A stretch of 32,000 bases of DNA from Candidatus Heimdallarchaeota archaeon (GTDB lineage: Archaea; Asgardarchaeota; Heimdallarchaeia; Heimdallarchaeales; Kariarchaeaceae), in contig JASBSB010000003.1 in the NCBI GenBank assembly GCA_030149205.1, positions 120,001-152,000 of the forward strand, in the 5' to 3' direction. How positions within the stretch are numbered: position 1 is the stretch's first letter; every line of letters starts with the position of its first letter. Positions 26,993-32,000 of the stretch are shown here, piece by piece. A program made the translations under genes and the position numbers. The notes below the pieces were generated by a model. That model saw only the letters and a program-made list of their open reading frames with translations. It did not search any database and was not told where the DNA came from.

Positions 26993-27125
26993 AAATAGTT
27001 GTTAATAAATTTAAAAATTAATTAACTGGTTTTTATGACTCCCAAGTTTGAATATTAATCTAATTTGGGTTAATAGGAATTATTTGTATTGGTTATATTC
27101 TAAGGATTGTATCTAACAGATATAT

Positions 27126-28220
27126 TCAGTGGGATTTTAAATTAAGAACACCATATCCACTTTTCAGATGCTCAACCTGCAGGTACCTCTCATAAACTTC
27201 AAAGCAATCACAATGGATTTTAGAAATGTGATTCATATTTTGCGTTCCAGAAAATTTCTTTAGGTTTTCTCGGAACAGACTATCACATTTCCCACAGTTC
27301 TGAGGTCCTCTTTCCTTCCCTGCAGCGACTGGATCTGTAATCACTATTACATCCTCACCGACCATCCTCTTAATTTTCTTCGTTACTTCTAACACTGTCC
27401 ATAACCAAGGGGGTCTATATGAACCAGATTGAAACAATTCCTCCATTAAGGTACCTTTACCAATATAACAGGGATTAATTGAGATCCCAGTTACACCTAA
27501 GTCATACATATTCTTGGCTGTTAACAGGGCATCCTTGTATGCTTGGATCTCAGATACAAAAATCGGTTTTAGTAATACATATCCCTTAACCTTTATATCA
27601 TAGCTTTGCAATAAGTTTACAGCTCTCCTAAATTGTTTAAAGCTGTGACCCTTATTGTTTGCTCTTTCATTTATCTCATCGTTGGTTGTTTCCTGTCCAA
27701 TAGCTACAATGAGTTTTTGAGGATCCACAACATCGAGTGTAGATTTAATATGTTTCTTTATGACATACTCACACCTTGTTTCAATGACAATCTCATCGAC
27801 AATTGGTACAAACAACCTTAATAGTTCCTGTTTTGTTTCTGTAGGTAATTCCCAAGGGTCAAGAAAACTACCTGATGTGTAAAATTTAACCGCTCTTAGT
27901 TCGGGGTCTTCTTTTTGTTTTCGTTGAAATATCTCTATTGCATGAGATGGTATCCTTTTGATCATCTCTTCTGTAGGATTATAGGGGTTGTCAGTAGGCA
28001 GCGTACAGAATGAACACCCCCCATGTTTGGCTCTTGCATATTTGCACGCCCTGGTAGGCAAAACCATTGCTAAAGAAGAACCTTGTTTTCCATTACCAAA
28101 ATAATGCTGATCCTTCCAATTAATAATCCTCTCATGTTCTTTTCTGGTTTGATCACTCAGAACTCTTAGGGTTCCAATTTTTTGTGTAATTAGTTTAGAT
28201 TTAGTAAAATCAGCTCTCAT
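27126..28220 (-). CDS. raSEA: Archaeosine biosynthesis radical SAM protein RaSEA
   Basis: LPTRACKYARAKHGGCSFC cluster motif, KFYTSGSFLD, IETRCEY, GQET, LLKP, YRPPWLW, GPQNCGKC; overlaps arcS by 4 bp. Confidence 0.9.
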   Translation of the reverse strand: MRADFTKSKLITQKIGTLRVLSDQTRKEHERIINWKDQHYFGNGKQGSSLAMVLPTRACKYARAKHGGCSFCTLPTDNPYNPTEEMIKRIPSHAIEIFQRKQKEDPELRAVKFYTSGSFLDPWELPTETKQELLRLFVPIVDEIVIETRCEYVIKKHIKSTLDVVDPQKLIVAIGQETTNDEINERANNKGHSFKQFRRAVNLLQSYDIKVKGYVLLKPIFVSEIQAYKDALLTAKNMYDLGVTGISINPCYIGKGTLMEELFQSGSYRPPWLWTVLEVTKKIKRMVGEDVIVITDPVAAGKERGPQNCGKCDSLFRENLKKFSGTQNMNHISKIHCDCFEVYERYLQVEHLKSGYGVLNLKSH

Positions 28221-30073
28221 GCAATCACCTCCTCTGGTATGCTCTTGAATTTTGAGTGAACTTTTGCCACTGCACCATTCATTACCCGATTCATTGAATA
28301 ACCGCTTATCAAAGCCTTTCCGATTCCTAAAGGTTTCTCCCTATTTTTTGAATAAATTATAACCTCATCTCCTGGGTTAATTTCCTCTGATGCCTTTGTT
28401 ACACCAACGGAAAACAATGTGCTTCCTTTCAACTCATCACCATCTAGTTCGACCCATGAGATTGAATTTTTATTTGACAACATAAAACAATTAGGAAATA
28501 GTTTAATCCTACCCTCTGAATCATTCCATGAAAGAATTTGACTTTTTCGTTGATAAACTGTAATCGTATAGGGTAATCTCCCTCTAAACATTATGTTTTC
28601 AAGATCTACCTGAAATTCTGACCCATGATTCCATTGTAATAGTGCAATCATTTTTCTAATCCATTTCTGATTCTTCGTTGACTCAAAATTTTGTGAAGAG
28701 TCAGCGCAAACCTTCAATTTATTCAATAATACACTTCTAGCATCTGAGCCAAGTGGAGAATCATCAATCCAACTGACATCCAAGTTAATCTCCTTCTGTA
28801 TTTGCGAGATCATCTTTTGGTAACCTTTCGAAGTATGAGCCAAAATTTTCACATCTTTTGGTACTTTTTTTAACAGATTAACAGCGAACTTTGATGTTAC
28901 ATTGACTTCTAACTCACTCCAATCACCTGAAACTGGTATGTCATAAGAAGATACAGGATATATCGATTCCAATTCTGAGGGAACGAGTCCTAATGGTGAT
29001 GTCAATGACCAAATGCTTATTATGTCTTTCTTTTTTCTGAAAGCCTTGTTTATTAGGCTTTGATATGTCTGGTGGGTTTTAGACAAGTGATATGGCTTTT
29101 TTGATGAACAGGGAACCAGAAGGATGTATTTAATACCCTCTGGGAAGTTGTACCTTTCCAATGTTCTCTTCTGGTATAGTTGGACCGATGGATGAAACAA
29201 TGATTCATCTCCAATAAAATACAGCGGATTTTTCTTGTCTACTGCAAATTTTGATAGATTCAGGGAAGAAAAATCAAATTTTTTGATGAGGGTTGCAACG
29301 GAAGGGTTTGAATGCATATCACGATAAACTCTTTCCCAAAGGTCTCTAACTTTTAAAGTTGATTCAATTAATCTAAAGTCTAAATCTACAAAACTTTGAT
29401 TGATTTTAATGAGAACCTCTGTTTTAAGATCACTCTGCTTAACCATGAAGTCGTCAAATGATAAACCTTGAAATGCTGAAAATGCAGAAACAGAATCATC
29501 TAAAATATCTACACCTAGAGCAACAAGGAGACTCTGAAGACCAACTGATACACCGCCAGGCAAATACAGAGCAATATTGGGGGAAATTAAATTTCTCAAA
29601 TTCATTATTTTCTCAAGAAGAGGTAAGATTGAGTAACTGTTCAAATGACTTGTTCTAAGCGCAAAAATAGATGGATTAAATTTGAGCATCTCTCTTAATA
29701 TGCTTTCAGGAAGAGTGAACGGGTCAAAAATAAAACCAAAGGGAATATTATAATCAATTTTCTCGAGTCTGTCAAGCATTAAATTATATTCAAATTCCAG
29801 AGATTCTTGAAATTCTGGTGCTGGAGCTAATACAGGCGAAATGATTGACCAATGGGGGATTTCATTTAATGGATTAATTTCATTAATATCTAAAGAAACA
29901 ATTTCATTCTCAGCTAAGTATATTTGTGATAAAGAGAGGTCGTCAAGCCTAATCCCATCATTTGTTACTTTGAAAAGCCAAGGTGTTGGTTTTATAGAAC
30001 TGCCTCTAATAGAAAGCTTTCGAACATTACCGTCTTCTTTCTCAATTTGAAAAACCGTCAATAATTCTACCAC
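28217..30073 (-). CDS. arcS: Archaeosine synthase subunit alpha (ArcS): TGT-like, DUF5591-like and PUA regions
   Basis: LVALGVDILD, LLVPCSSKKPYHLSKTH, TSPLGLVPSELE..YP...YDIPVSGDW, and a C-terminal PUA domain (LFSVGV...INPGDEV...GIGKA). Confidence 0.88.
   Translation of the reverse strand: MVELLTVFQIEKEDGNVRKLSIRGSSIKPTPWLFKVTNDGIRLDDLSLSQIYLAENEIVSLDINEINPLNEIPHWSIISPVLAPAPEFQESLEFEYNLMLDRLEKIDYNIPFGFIFDPFTLPESILREMLKFNPSIFALRTSHLNSYSILPLLEKIMNLRNLISPNIALYLPGGVSVGLQSLLVALGVDILDDSVSAFSAFQGLSFDDFMVKQSDLKTEVLIKINQSFVDLDFRLIESTLKVRDLWERVYRDMHSNPSVATLIKKFDFSSLNLSKFAVDKKNPLYFIGDESLFHPSVQLYQKRTLERYNFPEGIKYILLVPCSSKKPYHLSKTHQTYQSLINKAFRKKKDIISIWSLTSPLGLVPSELESIYPVSSYDIPVSGDWSELEVNVTSKFAVNLLKKVPKDVKILAHTSKGYQKMISQIQKEINLDVSWIDDSPLGSDARSVLLNKLKVCADSSQNFESTKNQKWIRKMIALLQWNHGSEFQVDLENIMFRGRLPYTITVYQRKSQILSWNDSEGRIKLFPNCFMLSNKNSISWVELDGDELKGSTLFSVGVTKASEEINPGDEVIIYSKNREKPLGIGKALISGYSMNRVMNGAVAKVHSKFKSIPEEVIA
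28225..28234 (-). promoter_or_regulatory. Shine-Dalgarno site for raSEA
   Basis: GAGGAGGTGA 4 nt upstream of the ATG at 28220, inside the arcS 3' end. Confidence 0.6.
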
Positions 30074-30212
30074 TCAGTTAGAGAAATAAACACTGTTATT
30101 GATTTATGATAAAGAACAAATCCAAAACAAAAGTCAGGTGTGAATTTAGAAATTTTGGGACGTGTAACCAAATGATTAATATTCTATAAGCCATTATAAA
30201 TAATAGGCTAGT

Positions 30213-31082
30213 ATGGATATAGAATTTTATGAGGTTCTTGAAGAAGGAAACATGAACCCTAAGGATTCCTTCAATCGGGAAACTGACAAAGTGTATATTG
30301 TCATTGACAACAAAAAAAGAAATATATTTCTTTGGAAAGGCTCGGCAGCAGGAGTCAGATTAAAGTTTATAGGATCTCGTGCGATGGGTGAAAAGAGACA
30401 GGAACTAGGGTTCCATTATCAAATTCATGTATTAGATCAGGATGATGAAAATAATGCGTTTCTCTCTCTTTTTGATGATTCCATTGAGGATTCATCACCT
30501 ACTCACCAACCTAAGATTTTTACGGTTGAGGCAGAGTCTCCCCCTAACCTTGAGGAATTAGCCAAAGCACAAGGTGTTTCAATTGAGGAAGCGACCCGAG
30601 AATTTGAAGCAAATCAAGAACACCTCGAGGGAAAGGTTGCTAGTATGGGTGGAATAAGTAATCGACCAAAACGAACCTTATTAACAGAGTTGGACAGTCC
30701 AGACACCATTCCAGCACCAAAGAAAGAAATACACAAGAAAAAAGAACCTCCCAAACCTCGCAGTTCTCAGAGAGACCTTGTAAAAGAAGCACAAGATATT
30801 ATCAAAGAACTTGGTGACCTAAAGGGATATTCAAGAGAGATGGTTGTCATTGGTGAATTAGTCTATCGGGTAGGACAGGATGGAACAAGTCTTGAAGACT
30901 TAGACACACCATTGGAAGGTATCTTCAAAGTTGATGAGTATGTTCCACGTTTGATTTGTGAATCCGGAAAAGTGAAACTAATTGAATTGCTTAAACAAAC
31001 AGGTTCATCAGATGACCTTGATGAAAAACTTACACAGAACCTCTCTGACCTAACTAGTATGTTTATGATTGAAATCGAATAA
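30213..31082 (+). CDS. Asgard gelsolin-domain protein (single gelsolin repeat plus C-terminal domain; 1DGelX-like)
   Basis: DKVYIVID...IFLWKGSAA.VRLKFIGSR...DQDDENNAFLSLF gelsolin repeat, a Pro/Lys-rich linker, and a C-terminal REMVVIGELVY...RLICESGKVKLIELLK domain. Confidence 0.75.
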   Translation: MDIEFYEVLEEGNMNPKDSFNRETDKVYIVIDNKKRNIFLWKGSAAGVRLKFIGSRAMGEKRQELGFHYQIHVLDQDDENNAFLSLFDDSIEDSSPTHQPKIFTVEAESPPNLEELAKAQGVSIEEATREFEANQEHLEGKVASMGGISNRPKRTLLTELDSPDTIPAPKKEIHKKKEPPKPRSSQRDLVKEAQDIIKELGDLKGYSREMVVIGELVYRVGQDGTSLEDLDTPLEGIFKVDEYVPRLICESGKVKLIELLKQTGSSDDLDEKLTQNLSDLTSMFMIEIE

Positions 31083-31156
31083 TAATTTAACATCTAAGTA
31101 AGCTTATCATCATTTACATTAATAAATGAAGAAATATACTAATAGTATAGAGAATA

Positions 31157-31558
31157 ATGTCGGTCAGAGTAAACAAACTTATCGCTGCAGATTTAGCAAA
31201 GGAGCTTAGGTCAATCACCCAAGAAGCAAAAATAGACACTTTAGCAGTTATTACAAAAACAGGTGCAAGAGTTGCTTTCTTCACCAAATCTAGTGCTGAT
31301 GCCTCTGAATTTTCAGCAATCAGTGCATCTCTCCAAAATTCTGGCGCCTTAGCAGTCCAAAAACTTGGGTTAGGAGATACTACAGATATAATGGTAAGGG
31401 GAAAAAATGGTTTTATGATCCTCAGAAATCTAGACAGATTTATCCTAGTTGCGGGTGCAAGAAACATTGAAACTTTTACATCTAGTGCCTCGATATTGGT
31501 AAAGCATGCGCCTAAACTTAACACAATTTTAGAAAACATTCCAGATGACCAATATTAG
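31157..31558 (+). CDS. Roadblock/LC7 (MglB-like) domain protein
   Basis: LAVITKTGARV, FSAISASL, IMVRGKNGFMIL, ILVAGA; roadblock topology. Confidence 0.85.
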   Translation: MSVRVNKLIAADLAKELRSITQEAKIDTLAVITKTGARVAFFTKSSADASEFSAISASLQNSGALAVQKLGLGDTTDIMVRGKNGFMILRNLDRFILVAGARNIETFTSSASILVKHAPKLNTILENIPDDQY

Positions 31559-31750
31559 CTTTTGTTTTACAAATGTGCTATAAAATCGTAAAAATGTTCA
31601 ACCATATCTCAATTAATGGTGCACTTCTAAAATATGTATGTTGTTAAAATAGATAGATTAGTTTCTTGTGCTAGAGCTTTTATTCTATTAATGTATAATG
31701 AATTATTGGCTTCTCGAGAGTGGAGAACTTAGTTTATTTTGGTGAAAACA

Positions 31751-32000
31751 ATGACAGAAAATGTTTATGATGAAACCTCAATTAAAGTCTTAGAAGGTAT
31801 TGAGGGGGTTAGAAGAAGACCTTCTATGTACATTGGTGATGTAGGTTCCAGGGGTCTTCACCATCTGGTGTTTGAGGTTGTCGACAACAGTGTTGATGAG
31901 GCAATGGCAAACAGGTGTAGCGAGGCAGAGATAATAATTTACGAGGATAACTCGATATCAGTCCGAGATGATGGGGCAGGAATACCCTCAGATATTCATC
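31751..32000 (+). CDS. gyrB: DNA gyrase subunit B, 5' part (runs off window)
   Basis: Manual translation [53 protein letters not shown]...[16 protein letters not shown] at 31741. Not in the ORF track because there is no stop in the window. Confidence 0.93.
   Translation, partial: MTENVYDETSIKVLEGIEGVRRRPSMYIGDVGSRGLHHLVFEVVDNSVDEAMANRCSEAEIIIYEDNSISVRDDGAGIPSDIH

Noticed and set aside
2721-31539. Numerous short ORF-track entries overlapping longer genes (e.g. 2721-2987, 4356-4741, 5155-5364, 8817-9209, 9931-10179, 19956-20207, 24334-24570, 25665-25949, 30863-31093, 31114-31539)
   Set aside because: They are antisense or alternate-frame shadows of well-supported genes and carry no recognisable motifs.
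1-32000. tRNA, rRNA or CRISPR arrays
   Set aside because: No T-loop/cloverleaf signature, rRNA-like GC-rich segment or regularly spaced repeats were seen; a covariance-model scan would be needed to exclude small ncRNAs.

Overview
A 32-kb AT-rich chromosomal segment from an archaeon, most likely an Asgard archaeon (Heimdallarchaeia-like). The assignment is inferred from archaeal core genes (ArcS/RaSEA, archaeal HMG-CoA synthase, RadA family, Trm112) occurring together with eukaryotic-signature proteins (gelsolin-domain, roadblock, longin/roadblock, MIT domain) and a gyrase B gene. The left third holds metabolic and membrane genes, a Cren7-like Zn-ribbon/winged-helix protein and an MIT-HerA ATPase fusion. 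A low-GC defence islet (about 12.8-19.9 kb) encodes an OLD-family ABC-ATPase/TOPRIM nuclease, two HEPN-type proteins and a heavily decayed, internally deleted type I restriction hsdR pseudogene that the ORF track mostly misses. The right part holds psd-pssA, a longin/roadblock protein, Trm112, a RadA/Rad51 paralog, the HMGCS-thiolase-DUF35 cluster, arcS-raSEA, gelsolin and roadblock genes, and the 5' end of gyrB. The strongest leads are: (1) a RadA homolog carrying the PALGxxW motif of eukaryotic RAD51 paralogs; (2) a thiolase in the HMGCS/DUF35 cluster that has lost all three catalytic residues; (3) an MIT-domain/HerA-FtsK fusion; (4) a Cren7-like candidate chromatin protein. No tRNA, rRNA, CRISPR array, integrase or transposase was seen. 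All family assignments come from motif recognition by eye; no database searches were run.
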